DNA of 64,000 nucleotides from Rhynchopus sp. YZ270_cl-10 (lineage: Eukaryota): positions 1,674,001 through 1,738,000 of the forward strand of contig OZ037841.1 in assembly GCA_964035575.1 (NCBI GenBank), in the 5' to 3' direction. The notes beneath the pieces are model-generated. The model was not told the origin of the DNA. It searched no databases and saw nothing but the letters and a program-made list of their open reading frames with translations. The translations under genes were made by a program, and so were the position numbers. The first letter of the stretch is position 1; every line of letters begins with the position of its first letter. Positions 22,607 through 35,600 of this stretch are shown piece by piece.

Positions 22607-23565
22607 GGGAGCCTTTTCCGGGGAAGTTTTCCCATCCCAGGGAGGCGTTTGCATTTATCAACTTTTTTCACTCCCCCACACCCCCTTCTTCGTATGGTAA
22701 TGGGTACTGTCTTCGACAAGAGCCCCTCTGTACGGGTTGGAACTCGCTCACTGATCCATTTTTGAGATTAGTTCCTGACCCAAGACCCCTCCCATTGTTT
22801 TTTTTTTTCCTTGTTTAATATTTTGTGTGCACAGTGAGTGCACATCGTATGGCCGTTTGCCTTCTCTTGGGTTGCTTGTGTTATGTACCCCTCTTTTGTA
22901 TGATCATGGGCTTACTGTCTTCGTGGCAAGAGCCCCTCTGTACGGGTTGGAACTCGCTCACTGATCCATTTTTGAGATTAGTTCCTGAAACAACCCTTTT
23001 TTTTTTGAACATACACAAGAACCACCATATAAAAATAAAACTCTGTTTTTAGATAGATGCTTGCCGAATTACTCCCCATACTCATTCACTCAGGGACACT
23101 AATTCGAGCGATCAACGAAAACTCTCTTTTTTTCCTTGTTTTTGTTTCTTTTGACTGAATGCCGATCTAAAAAAAAGAAGAGTTTTATTTTGTGACCCCT
23201 GCACGGGGGAAAAGGCTCCCCTTCGGTGAGGGGGGTTAGGCGCAAAATACTTTTTAGATTCACAAAATCTGTCAAACAAAAATCTGCGGCTTCGTTTCTA
23301 CCTCCAAGACCCCTCCTATTGTTTTTTTCTTTGTTTTTTTTTTTTTTTAAATATTTGTGTGCACAGTGAGTGCACATCGTATGGCCGTTTGCCTTCTCTT
23401 GGGTTGCTTGTTATGTACCCCTTGAAGGCTTCTTGTATGATCATGGGTTTACTGTCTTCGTGGCAAGAGCCCCTCTGTACGGGTTGGAACTCGCTCATTG
23501 TTCCATTTTTGAGATTAGTTCCTGACCCTCCAAGGCCCCTCCTATTGTTTTTTCTTTGTTTTTAA
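22607..23565 (+). repeat. Structured repeat family A, blocks 2 and 3 (cores 22691-22777, 22896-22987, 23433-23525)
   Basis: Copies of the 18296-18691 unit. Confidence 0.9.
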
Positions 23566-24022
23566 AAAAATATTTCAATTTGTTCCTGGATAAAAACTCC
23601 AGCTTTCGATTGAAAATTATATCTTAATCTTGGTTCCCTACAACTCCTCCCATTAGTTTCATAACCTTTTTCTTTTCTTCTTGCTCATACTTGGGGAATG
23701 AAAAAGCTCCCTCATTATTTTCTCTCCCACCTCACACACCCCCCCCCCGATTTTGTTTTTACTTCATAAAAAAAAAAAGAATATTTTAATCATTTTTACT
23801 TCATTCTCCCAGGGCTCTCGCCAATCATCTCTTTTGGACTAAACAGGGGTGATTTGGGGTTTCGAGCTTTCCCCCCGTAAAGCGGTCGCTTCCCAGGTTT
23901 GCGGAATATCAAACCCCGCGAGATCCATGCTTCTCTCTTCACCCATTTCCATCCATCCTTTCATCCACCCACCCCTTCAGAAGAAAAAAAAAATCGTTTT
24001 TTTTTTCTCCCCAAAATACAAA

Positions 24023-25678
24023 ATGAGAAGCGATCTCTCACAAGAGGACATGCAGAAGCGCGCCATTTCCGCCCGCCCGACCGACGCTACTGCGTACCTC
24101 ACCTTGGCAGCGCTCCTTGCACAGACGAACACCACCGACACCACTCTTGAGGACGGGACCACTGTCTCTGGCGCTGACCTGCTTACTACTGCCATCTCTT
24201 TGGCACCAACCAGCGCGCATGCTTACGGCATGCTAGGCGCCTCGCTGCAGAAAGGCGAGAGCGTTACCCTCTCTGATGGCCGCACCATGAGCGACACGGA
24301 CCTTGCCAAACGCGCCATCAGCCTTAACCCGGAGTATACCGATGCATACTATAATCTCGGCCTCAGCCTTGGGCCGGGTGAGTTGACGACATTGGAGGAT
24401 GGGTGGGAGGTGAGTCGCGAGGATATGTTCAAAAGGGTGATTTCACTAAGCCCAGAAGACGCATCCTCCTACTACAACCTAGGCACTGCGCTGCGCCAGG
24501 ACGAAACCACCATGCTCGAATGCGGTGCGGTCATGACAGCAGAGTCGCTTTTTAAACGCGCCATCTCTCTCGACCCGACAGATGCAGATGCGTACCATAA
24601 CCTCGGTCTCTTGGTGCCCAGAGGTCAAAATGCGATATTAGAAGACGGGTCGATTCTTTCAAAAGAAGGGTTATTTAAAAGAGCGATTCATCTTAATGCA
24701 GGAGACAGCGATCCGTACTACTCGCTGGCGGCATTGCTTGGGGAGGAGGAGACTGCGGTGCTTGAATGTGGGCGCGAAGTTGGGAAAATGGATTTGCTGA
24801 AAACAGCGTTGCACCTTAGCCCTGAGGAGTCGAAGATGTACATCAAGCTGGCAACACTTCTCGCAGAAGGCGAGACCACCAAACTTCTGAACGGAGCCAC
24901 CGTGACCAACGTTGACCTCCTCAAAACGGCGGTATCGTTGTCCCCGAACAGCTCCTACGCTCACTCTATGCTAGGAATCTCCCTCCCAAAAGATGTCCCC
25001 AACGTTATACTCCACGACGGCCGGGTCATGACCCCTGTTTCCCTGCAGCAACATGCAATCCACCTGAACCCCCACGATGCGCATGCGTACTACACATTAG
25101 GGCACTGCATTCCGAAGGGAGCATCGCTGACTCTGACCGACGGAAGGGTTGTGACAAGAAAGTGTCTGTTCAGAACCGCCGTCTCGTTGGACCCTGCCTA
25201 TCCTCCGGCATTGGTGAGTCTCGGGTCCTGCGTCAAACCCTACGAAACAACAAGGTTATCAAACGGCACGGTGTTCACACGGCAGGAGCTGTTTAAAAGG
25301 GCCATCGCATTGGACCCTACGTACCACCATGCGTTCAGTCTATTAGGGGCGTCGCTGGGGAGAGGTGAGGTGGTTACCTTGGAGAATGGTACCCCGGTTA
25401 GTGGGGAATACCTTTTGAAGCGTGCGATCGCGTTGAACCCGGAGGACCCCACGCCCTTCAACAACCTTGGTGTCTTGGCAGAGCGTGGCGAGACCCTTGA
25501 GGACGGCAGTACTCTGTCTCAAATGGCTCTGTTCAAGCGTGCCATGTCGCTGAACCCGGCAGACCCGGTGGCGATTCGCAACCTCGAGGAGGCCATGTCA
25601 GAAGGAAGCAGCACCGAGCTCGAAGATGGACGCGTTATGACAAAAGAGGGGCTCTTCAAAATGGCGATCTTTTTGTAA
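24023..25678 (+). CDS. TPR-like tandem repeat protein (about 13 repeats of 41 aa)
   Basis: Repeat consensus LFKRAISLDPxxxxAYxxLGxxLxxGExxTLEDGxxxT; ATG at 24023. Confidence 0.88.
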   Translation: MRSDLSQEDMQKRAISARPTDATAYLTLAALLAQTNTTDTTLEDGTTVSGADLLTTAISLAPTSAHAYGMLGASLQKGESVTLSDGRTMSDTDLAKRAISLNPEYTDAYYNLGLSLGPGELTTLEDGWEVSREDMFKRVISLSPEDASSYYNLGTALRQDETTMLECGAVMTAESLFKRAISLDPTDADAYHNLGLLVPRGQNAILEDGSILSKEGLFKRAIHLNAGDSDPYYSLAALLGEEETAVLECGREVGKMDLLKTALHLSPEESKMYIKLATLLAEGETTKLLNGATVTNVDLLKTAVSLSPNSSYAHSMLGISLPKDVPNVILHDGRVMTPVSLQQHAIHLNPHDAHAYYTLGHCIPKGASLTLTDGRVVTRKCLFRTAVSLDPAYPPALVSLGSCVKPYETTRLSNGTVFTRQELFKRAIALDPTYHHAFSLLGASLGRGEVVTLENGTPVSGEYLLKRAIALNPEDPTPFNNLGVLAERGETLEDGSTLSQMALFKRAMSLNPADPVAIRNLEEAMSEGSSTELEDGRVMTKEGLFKMAIFL

Positions 25679-28600
25679 ATCGGGAATTGGACGGTTCTTC
25701 TGCGAGAAGGATTTGAGGAAAGAAGGACAATAACGTAAAATATTTTTGTTGTGTTGTGACGCAGCACTGATGGTTCCCCCGTGGTTCAATTTTATTTTGA
25801 TGTTTCTTTTTCTCTTTCAATTTAGAAGTCCATTGAACGCTTTTCTTTCCAAAATAAAATAAATGAATGAAAACACATGGGTTGCCCGCAATCGTAGGCA
25901 AATCGTGAAAAACAAAAACAAAAAAAATGGCCATTCGATGGCGAAAAGCGTTTCACGGTTTGAGTTGTTTTTTTTGGTGGTATGGGATACGTATCCGCTC
26001 GAGGCGCGAAGTCTGCTGTGTGCTCATGTCCTCATTAAGTATCACTCCTTCGGGTTGCGGTCTTTGTGAGGCGTGTGTATCTCAGATTAGTTTACGTAGG
26101 GTGGGCACCTGCCCGCAGGGCTTTCATATCTGTCTTTCCAATTTTATTTTTTCACTTTTTCTTGTTTCAAAGTGGATTAACGCCCACGAACGAATGCATC
26201 CATTAACCTCCCAATATTGGCTCCCAACAAAAAAAAAAACTAAGAAAAATAATAGGCACCTCTGTCAGTTCTTTTTGCTTTTTTTTTTTTTTTTTTTTTG
26301 GGGGTCAATAAAAATCACCCATCCCTTCATTACATTTTACGTGAACATTTTATCCTTTTTTTAGACAAAGATGTATGCGTGTGGCACATATTTTTCAAAT
26401 TTTCTTTTATTTTTCGTGTTTTTGTACTTTGCTACAAAAAGGTGGGCCTTTTAGTACAGATGGTTTACCCAGCATTGATGTAAAGAGATTCGATGCAACA
26501 ACAAAAAAATATGTGCGGACGACACGCGTTGTCACATTGTCAATGTTTTTCTTTTAAAAAAAACTACAGTATCTCCCTTTCCTTTTGCGTTTCATTCTGA
26601 ATCTGTCTGTGTCTTTGGACACTGGCAGACCACTTTCTTCTCTCTCTCTCTCTCTCTCTTTTTCTCTCTTTTTTTTTGTATTTTTTTTTTGTATCCCCTC
26701 ATTCATCTTTTGCAAGTTTTTGTTTGTTTGTTTTATTTATATTTTTTTCATAGCCATCGCCTCAAATGGCTGGCATCGGGGGGGCGGGACCGAGATGACG
26801 ACCGCTGAACCGTAAAGGGTTTTCTCAACTCCTGTCTATCGGGATAATTGGTAAACTCTGTACGGTGGAAACCCAGGGTTCTCTAGTGACTTAGTGTTGC
26901 CCTCTCCCCCCTCCGTTCTCAGCATTTTTTTTTCTTTCAAAATTTTTTGGTCAAGGTGACTAAGCACGGAGAGGCTTGGTTACAATTTTTTTTTGTTGTT
27001 TTTTTTCTTTTTTTGCGCTAACCCCCCACTGCAAACGGTCTGATAAAGCAAACAACATAATGCGCTTGTTTTAAGTGAACACAACAACAAAAGTGAATAG
27101 TAAAAGAGTACCACGCGAACAAAACCGATTTCCCCTGGAAAAAAAAAATATATCATTGATTGTATCTTGTAAAACTCCTCAGCGCGTTCGCATACTATGA
27201 GTTTCAGAAGGACAATAAGCCCCCCCAATTCCCTCACAACGTTATTTCATATTATCTCTGTACATTTAGTGCACCCTATTATACCTTCTATTCAGTAGAA
27301 TAGTTAGTATAATATATTATGAAACAATCTTCTCTCTGTTTCTGATCTGAAGAAAAAGAGCGATAATTCGAAAGGAGCCGGTTGACACACAAAAAAGAAA
27401 GATGGTGAAGACTGTCTGAATGGCTGCACATTACCCAACAGATTTATCAAAAGAGTAAAATCGTAAATGAATTTTGATGTGTCTTTTGGCAATATTTCGG
27501 ATGCTGCTTCTTGTTTCTTCTGTGCACCTCAGTAAAGTGGTTGCACACTGTTGTTAAGATTTTCTTTTCCTTAAAGTGGCTAATCCCAGAGGCTGAGTTT
27601 CATCTTACCAAACAAACCTTTTCATTTTATTAAAAAAAAAAACTCTCTATTTTTCGTGCCAGCACTTTGTTGTGCACTAAACCTTCTTCTTTTCAACCTT
27701 TTTCTGTTTCGTTTTCATTCTTTTTCTTTATGGACTGCTTCAAAAAGGACACGGCGGACTAGTCAGGGGACTAGTAGTTAGTGCTACTGGTCGAAACGAG
27801 TACTTTTTACGACGAGTCTTACGACATCACAAGTAGAGTTAGCACTAGTAGCCCCCCCCCCCCCCCCTGACTAAAGCAAAACAGAGAGTACAAAGCATAA
27901 ACAAAAAAACCATTTTCAAAACTCCCCCTGACCAGTCCGCCGTGGAGCAATTCCTCGCCCTCCCCACCCCCCCCGATGATATTTTTCTGTTCTCTTAGCG
28001 TCTCTCGCTTCCAATGGCCCCCGCTCCCTCTCGTATAATGAGGAGTGCCACCAAAAAATATAAAACGTGGAAAAAAAAGTCCTGAGGGCAAACGATCACG
28101 GACATTGAACTGATGTGTGTACATCAGTTGTTTTAGGGCATTCGTAAGAGAGGAGTGTTCAATGATGGTACTGTGTGTGAATTTTTTTAAAGCAGGTGTG
28201 TGTGTGGGGTACTTTCTAGGGCTGAACATGCCCAGTGTATGGTGTACAATAAACAAATAGCGAACCTTTTCCCTCCTTCCTCTATTCCTCCTACCCTAAA
28301 AGTAATAAAACGAAAAATCACCAATAAAAAAAAAACACAAAAAACAAACTGGTACAGAGATCTCAAAGTAGAAAAAAAAACCCCCCAAACTTTGATGATA
28401 CAACTTTTTGTGTCTATTCACAGCACTTTGAATGCATAAACAACAAATAAAAGCTACTTTCCAGAGTTGAGGACGACTTGCGTCTATATCTTTTAAGTGC
28501 AATAGCCTTCGGGCAACATTGAGTACAGATCCTGCACTAGCAGGTGATTGTCGACTTCAAAACAACATAATAACTATTACCGGTAACCCGCGAGGAGGGG

Positions 28601-29151
28601 GGTGCCACGATGCAGAGGCACGAGAGTGGTTTTGGTGTCTCCTCAAACCCGAGGGCGAAGCCATTATTTCAGCCTCTGCACGCGCGAGAGGCGCATTCAT
28701 CTTACATAGGCTAGTTGACGCCACGGGTCGGTTTAGGAAATTTGTCCATTTTTCTGGAAAATCGTGTCCCATACCCCCCCATACCGCCCTCAAATGCCCC
28801 CAAACCCTCCAAAACCCTCGCGAACCCTCGCATACCCTACCATACCCAACCATACCCTGCCGTACCCTCCCATACCGCACGTTTGCCTTTTTTTTGGGAT
28901 AATCATGTCCCATACCGTGCCATACCGTGCCATGCCCTGCCATACCGTGCCAAACCCTGCCATACCGTGCCACACCCTGCCATACCCGTGCCAAACCGTG
29001 CCATACCCTGCCATACCGTGCCATACCGTGCCATATCCTGCCATACCCTCCCGGTACTGGGTACTGGCTAATGGCTAATGGCTAATGGCTACCCGTGCCA
29101 TACCGTGCCAAACCCTGCCATACCATTTCTTTTCAATGGCCAGCTGTACTG

Positions 29152-29560
29152 TACTGTGTATACTGTGTATACTGTGTATACTGTGTATACTGTGTATACT
29201 GTGTATACTGTGTATACTGTGTATACTGTGTATACTGTGTATACTGTGTATACTGTGTATACTGTGTATACTGTGTATACTGTGTATACTGTGTATACTG
29301 TGTATACTGTGTATACTGTGTATACTGTGTATACTGTGTATACTGTGTATACTGTGTATACTGTGTATACTGTGTATACTGTGTATACTGTGTATACTGT
29401 GTATACTGTGTATACTGTGTATACTGTGTATACTGTGTATACTGTGTATACTGTGTATACTGTGTATACTGTGTATACTGTGTATACTGTGTATACTGTG
29501 TATACTGTGTATACTGTGTATACTGTGTATACTGTGTATACTGTGTATACTGTGTATACT
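29152..29560. repeat. (TACTGTGTA)n 9-mer satellite, about 45 units
   Basis: Perfect array, read directly. Confidence 0.98.
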
Positions 29561-29805
29561 GCGGAAATTGACCAAAAACGAGAACTTGTCCATTTCGGCA
29601 CATTGACCCCACCACTGGTCGGACGGATTCCGGAAATGCAAATACCGCCGTTTAAAAGCTTCACCAAAACAAAAAAAAAATTTTCCAACATCTGGAACCC
29701 CCCTTTACGGAGCGACAACCGGTAGAAACACGGGGAATCGGTTAAGGCGCCACACCATTGAAACAAACTTTTTCAATACCCTGCCATACCATGCCATACC
29801 CTCCC

Positions 29806-30040
29806 GGTACTGGGTACTGGGTACTGGGTACTGGGTACTGGGTACTGGGTACTGGGTACTGGGTACTGGGTACTGGGTACTGGGTACTGGGTACTGGGTA
29901 CTGGGTACTGGGTACTGGGTACTGGGTACTGGGTACTGGGTACTGGGTACTGGGTACTGGGTACTGGGTACTGGGTACTGGGTACTGGGTACTGGGTACT
30001 GGGTACTGGGTACTGGGTACTGGGTACTGGGTACTGGGTA
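29806..30040. repeat. (GGTACTG)n 7-mer satellite, about 33 units
   Basis: Perfect array within a region of degenerate (CCATACCGTG)n 10-mer tracts at 28830-29125 and 30045-30250. Confidence 0.98.
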
Positions 30041-32576
30041 ATGGCTACCCGTGCCACACTGTGCCACACCCTGCCATACCGTGCCATACCCGTGCCACAC
30101 CGTGCCACACTGCGCCATACCCGTGCCAAACCGTGCCACACCCTGCCATACCGTGCCATACCCTGCCACACCCGTGCCAAACCGTGCCAAACCGTGCCAA
30201 ACCGTGCCATACCCTGCCAAACCGTGCCATACCCTGCCATACCCTGCCCTACCCTTACTAACCCTCTCAAACCCCCCCAAATCTGCCCAAATCCTCTCAA
30301 ACCCTCCCAAACCCAAATGTCCGTGACGTCAACTAGCCTATTACAAGCTTTCTCTTTTTTCTTTTCTTTTTCTTTTCTTGTGCCAATGTGTGTACAGTGC
30401 ATTCAACTTCTAAGCGTTTCTCCTTTTTCTTCTTTTCTTTCTGTCTTTTTGACGAAACAGAACAGAGGCGGTTCATCTTACCAACTTTTTCTAGGTGGTT
30501 GCATTCATGATAGGAGATAAGAGCCTGAACGAAGTACTCACCTTTGTTTAAGGTAAATGAACCCGATCCCATTGTTCTGTCTTTTTTTTTTGAAGGTGAC
30601 TAAGCACGAGAGGCTTGGGGTCATCTTATAAACTTTTCTTTCTTTTGAAGATGTTTTTTTTGTAGGTAGAAGAGCTAGCGAAGGTGACTATGCAAGTTAG
30701 GCGTGGGTGTGTCTTCCAACCTATTCATTTTTTTTGCTTCGTTTTTCGTATTCTGTATCTTTCTCCCTTCCTCTCTTGGTGTTTCTTTATTGAAAGAAGT
30801 CAGTAAAATGGCAAATGCAGTGTTATTTCACAATTCACAAATATAAAAAAAAAAAAAAAAAAAATGGAAAAAAATGTGTGTAGAGGGTGGGTAGCTTTGC
30901 CGTATGCACAGTGTCAAGCTGAAGGTTCCCATCCCTCTGCCTCGTTCCATGCAGTTTTTTTTCTTCACAGTGCCTGCGCCCGCCGATGAACGGTGAAGCG
31001 TTTGCACTTTCAACTTCTCTTTTTTCCCCCATTTGTTTCCCGCCCCCCAAAAAAGCAAAGAGTATCGAGCCCACCTCGAGTCGGGCGATTTTTCGATACA
31101 GCAAAAGAGAAAAAGACGAAAAAAAAAAAATCAAAAAGAACGAAAAAAAAACTACGACACAGCAAAACGGGAGCTCACAATAACGACAAATATAACGACC
31201 GATCTGTATGGTGGCTGGCCCGTTTAAAAAGAAGAAGAAGAACTCGCATGGAAAAGCTTTTCCTCAACCGTCGATATTTACAACAAAAGGACAGTGAAGT
31301 TTGCACATGTGGCAACTACACTATTCCAACAATTTTTCAAAAAAAAAAGAAAAATAAAATCTGTCCCCTTCTCGCCCCAACTCCCTTACATTATAATCCC
31401 TTCCCCCTCTCAGGGGGGAGGGGAGCAGAAATCAAATGCATGCAATAAAAAAAAACTAAATCCAAAATACAGTGATTGGCAATGCGTTGTAATCGTTGCC
31501 AAAATAAAAAATAAAAAAAAATAAAATAAAAAACAAAACAAAATTTACAACAACCCAAAATATATAACAGAAGAGGGAATACCGTGTAGTGCCTCGTCGG
31601 CCCATGGTACCCCCTTTTTCTTTTTTTTTTCCCTTCTTTTTTTTTCTTCAACGTTTTTTTTTTTCTATTTTTTTTTATTGAAATAATAGGTCTTTTCTTT
31701 CCTTGTGTTGCGAAAAAAAAAAATCGGAGGCTTGTGTGTGAAAAGGTGCTTTTTTTTCACATGTGGGCATCTAAAAAATGTATGGAACAAAGTATAATCG
31801 AGTGCAGACCACTAACATGGTGGCACCAGAGACTCTTCAAGGGTTTTTCCCATTCACATATGCATGTGGTGAGAGTCACATTCATCTCACTTTCTATTTC
31901 TCTTTCTTTCAAAGTGACCGAGACACTTTACGGTTCTCTTTGAAGCTGATTCTTTTTTTTTTTTGCCTCAATCTTTTGCACCTTTTGGGTACCACAATCC
32001 AAAAAGGTATTTTTGTCTAGTCATAACGGTAGTAGGGTAAATTCTAGACAAAAAAAATAGACAATTTTTGTCGATACTGCAAAAGCACAACATTCCCCAC
32101 CCCACTAAATTTTTTTTTTTGCCAATATTTCCCCCAAAAATGGGGCGTGCAAAAGTAGGCACAAAGGTAATTCTTTTGAACAACGTCAACTTGAAAGAGG
32201 TGTTCCTCAATTGGTTATCATTTTACATTTATTTTGTGTGATTCTGTTTTTTTTTTTTTTTTTTTTTTTTTCAAACAAGATTGGATGTATTTGTATAGAA
32301 CGTCCTTTGTACTTTCTTTTTGATTTGAAAGTATAATATTATGAAACAAATACATCTCAATCTGAAAAAAAAATTTAAAAAAAAAAAAGTCACACACTCA
32401 CGACATTTTTTTCTCTCTTCAAGATGTGTGTAGCGAGACACATCCATCTTCAAGACTTCTTTCTTCTCTCTCGCCTATAGATATAACCTACAGTGCTCCA
32501 TAAACATGCCGTCCAAATAAATTTGGCGGATTTTGGATTTTTTTTGGGGCCTTTTTTGGGACTCTAAACATATTTG

Positions 32577-32688
32577 CACGATACTGCCAGATCTGGCCAG
32601 ATATGGGGGCCAATTTCCCAGATCTGGCTCGGTTTCCAGATGTGGAAATCTGGTTTCCACATCTGGCCAGATCTGGCAGAATCCGTGT
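32577..32688. mobile_element. Small palindromic MITE-like element
   Basis: CTGCCAGATCTGGCCAGAT / ATCTGGCCAGATCTGGCAG inverted arms with internal CCAGATCTGG units. Confidence 0.55.
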
Positions 32689-35600
32689 ATTTGGAGTACT
32701 GTACTTGGTTTTTTTTTTACTCTTGGTTTTCAGTTAGTTGAAAACCTCTCGTGTGTTGTGTTTGAAAGCAAATATTGAAAGAAATATGAGCAGTTCCTTA
32801 GAACGAAGCATTTCCTAATGTATGTGTGTGTGTTTTTTTTGTTATCACGCAAGGAGCCAGCCCTCTACTACTCAACAGATGAAACAAAACAAAAACTTTG
32901 GAGCACACTCTAGGGTGGCTACACTAATACAACCAAGTTTTCAAAAACAAATTTAAAAAAAAAATTGGAGACAAAGTGGAGATTTGCACAAAATGTGGCA
33001 ACACAAACCCGAGGCAACTACACTACTCCAACAATTTATCAGAAATATTAGTGCAATTAACTACATTTGTTGTTCCTACTTTTGGGCAGGCACAGCACAT
33101 TACTTAACCCTCAATCTATATTATAAACCAGCTTGCCGTTTTTTGTTCAATGTGTCCGTGAGACATACAGATCACCTCTCTCTTTCTGACTAAGTGTTGA
33201 GGATTATTTCAAACGTGTCTCTTTTAAAATAACACAAAAAAAGTGTATGGAATCAGACACACTACCCTTTTCAAGTTTTTCTTGAGCTTCCTTTGAAAAT
33301 GGAGGAATCGAAACAGCGGATTTCTTTTTGATAAAATATACTTCATCTGAAGCATTTTTTCATCCTTTTTTTTTCTTCAATGCTTTTCCCAAAAAAGTAT
33401 ATGAACTCATTTTCCCCACCTCTTCACCTCATCTCTCACGTACAATCTCAGGCTGTGTGTGGGGGAACCCCTATTACAGGGGGTTTTTCTTTTTATCCTG
33501 ATGTTTTGTGGCCTGCGAATGAAAATCGGTGCGCCCGCCAGAACCCCGCAGTTAGGGTTGTTAGGGCAAACCTACTTGACTTCTACAGGTTGGAACGCAA
33601 GAAAGTGTGCGTCTTCAATTCATCTTAAAGACCCCCAAAATGACTTTCTTCCCTTTTATTTTGGTAGTGAAAAGTAGTGTACTAGTGCTGCTCGTCCTCG
33701 GGTGTCACGCAAACAATAACGAAAAATTTATCAACCATTTTGATAGATGTTGGCTCCTTCATCTTTCAAAGGGGGGTTTTTTTTCTTTATAAGGTGACTA
33801 AGCACGAGAGGCTTAGGTTCATCTTATAAACTTTTCTTTTTTTGTGACCAGAGATTTTGGACATCTCTCTCTTTCTCTTTTCCAGCGAAAAAAAATAAGC
33901 TGGAAAAAAAAAAATGAACTTTTTATGTTCTGGGGACTTTCCAAATTTTTCTTCCCCTCTTTTCCCTCTTTTTGAAGGCTTAGGTTAGTCCTATCAAAGC
34001 TTTTCCTAGGTGACTAAGCAGAGTTGATTGATGAATAACCAATGTTCAAAACATTAAGTAATCTAATCAGACTAAGCAGAGGCTTAGGGTCATCTTATAA
34101 ACGTTTCTTTTCTTTTCTTTTTTTGTTTGTACATTTTGTTGTGTTGTTGTGACGTTGTGACCTTTTTCAGTCATCCAGCAAACATCGGTGGGATAAAAAA
34201 AAAACCCCACCTTGGGGAAATCCCACAACACCTTAGTTTTTTTTACCCCACCAGTGTTTGTATGACTGTATTTCAATTCTCATTTTTTAAAAAAAAAATT
34301 CTCCAAGTAAGAAGTCTTTCTTATTTGCACCACCTTTCTTCCCATAGCGGTGGGCTCGAGGTTTTTTTATTGCTTTTTTTTCAGCCTTCCCACTCTTTTT
34401 TTTTGAATTGAATATTGCCAAAAAGGAAACCAAATGCGGAAACGCTGTGATTTCTATTTTCCCCCCATAATTACATTTTTTTCTTAAATCTTCATTTTAT
34501 CTGTTGTACATTTATAATTTTTGTCGTTTCTATAAGATTTGCTTTATTGTTCAAGCAAAAAAAAAACTCAAAAGAAACGATGTTTCTCTAAAATATTGAA
34601 ACAAAAATAGCGGGGGTGATAAATACAATACGTTAACACTCCCCATATGCTTTATAACGAAACTTATCTTTTTTTCTTTGGTTTATTTCTTTGGTACCCA
34701 ACACAGGATCATCTTGGAATATTTCTCCCCCCCTTTTTGTACACCTTACTTCTGTGACCTTAGTTACCTACACAAAAAATTCAGCAAAATGCAAAATAAC
34801 GGAACAAAAACAAGGTATCGCTCAGGTGCATATTCCGTTGATGTCACAACCCGACCGGTAGTCCACTGTACTGATTTTTTTATCAAAAAAAATGACAGTG
34901 GATATTGCACCAACTGTAGCAACACTACCGAGGCAACTAAACTACTCCTACAATTTATCAAAAAAAAAATAAAGTTTTGAGTGATTGCTGCGCGGGCTAT
35001 TGTTCTTGTCTTTGTCTTTGTGTTTGTGTGTAGATGTAGGGTGAGAGGTTGCCTTGGAGGGAGTCAACAGATTCCACCGCAAAATCCTTTTGCCTCATCT
35101 GCTTCCCACACAAGCACCTCAAGAGAACGAAGTAAAGGATACAAAAGAAAAAAAAAACTTAAAACCCCATTCACCCCCACTCACCTACCGCAAAGCCTTC
35201 TCGTTGCTGTTGTATCCATAAAAAATCAGATCGAGCAACACTGAGTGCACAATGACATAAAAAAATGTGGTCCGTTTCCTTGAAAAGAGTCTTTTTTTTA
35301 AAAGTTTTTTTTGTGGGTTTTTTTGTTTGACAAATGACCCCCACCTCACGCTAGCCTAGTTTATTTATTTCAGTGTGTACGTCTTGGGGTCGGCGTTTTG
35401 CACTTTCAACTTCTTTAGTTTCCGCTCTATTTTTTTTAACAGATGAATGCACCTCACGAGGAACATTCAGCTTTATTTTTGACGGCGGCAGGTCTTCTGT
35501 CTATAATTTTTGTGAGCAAAAATTGCCACAAAAATAAACGCTCGGTTGAAAAATAAAGAACAAAACCAACAACAATAAAGCCCCCCTTCCCATCGGACAG

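Larger units (their letters stand above)
28707..30340. mobile_element. Non-autonomous TIR element carrying satellite arrays; 20-bp TIR, 5-bp TSD
   Basis: TAGGCTAGTTGACGCCACGG / CCGTGACGTCAACTAGCCTA (1 mismatch), with TTACA duplicated at 28702-28706 and 30341-30345. Confidence 0.85.

Noticed and set aside
18296..23565. Possible CRISPR-like array
   Set aside because: Units are long, the spacers are themselves repeated, the context is eukaryotic, and no cas genes are present.
28519..30520. Multiple long ORFs (VYT, HSI, GYWVLGT, PCHT repeats)
   Set aside because: Artefacts of satellite arrays.
33800..33812. ACGAGAGG similarity to the rRNA sarcin-ricin loop
   Set aside because: Only 8 nt match and the flanks are not rRNA-like; treated as a generic GNRA hairpin.
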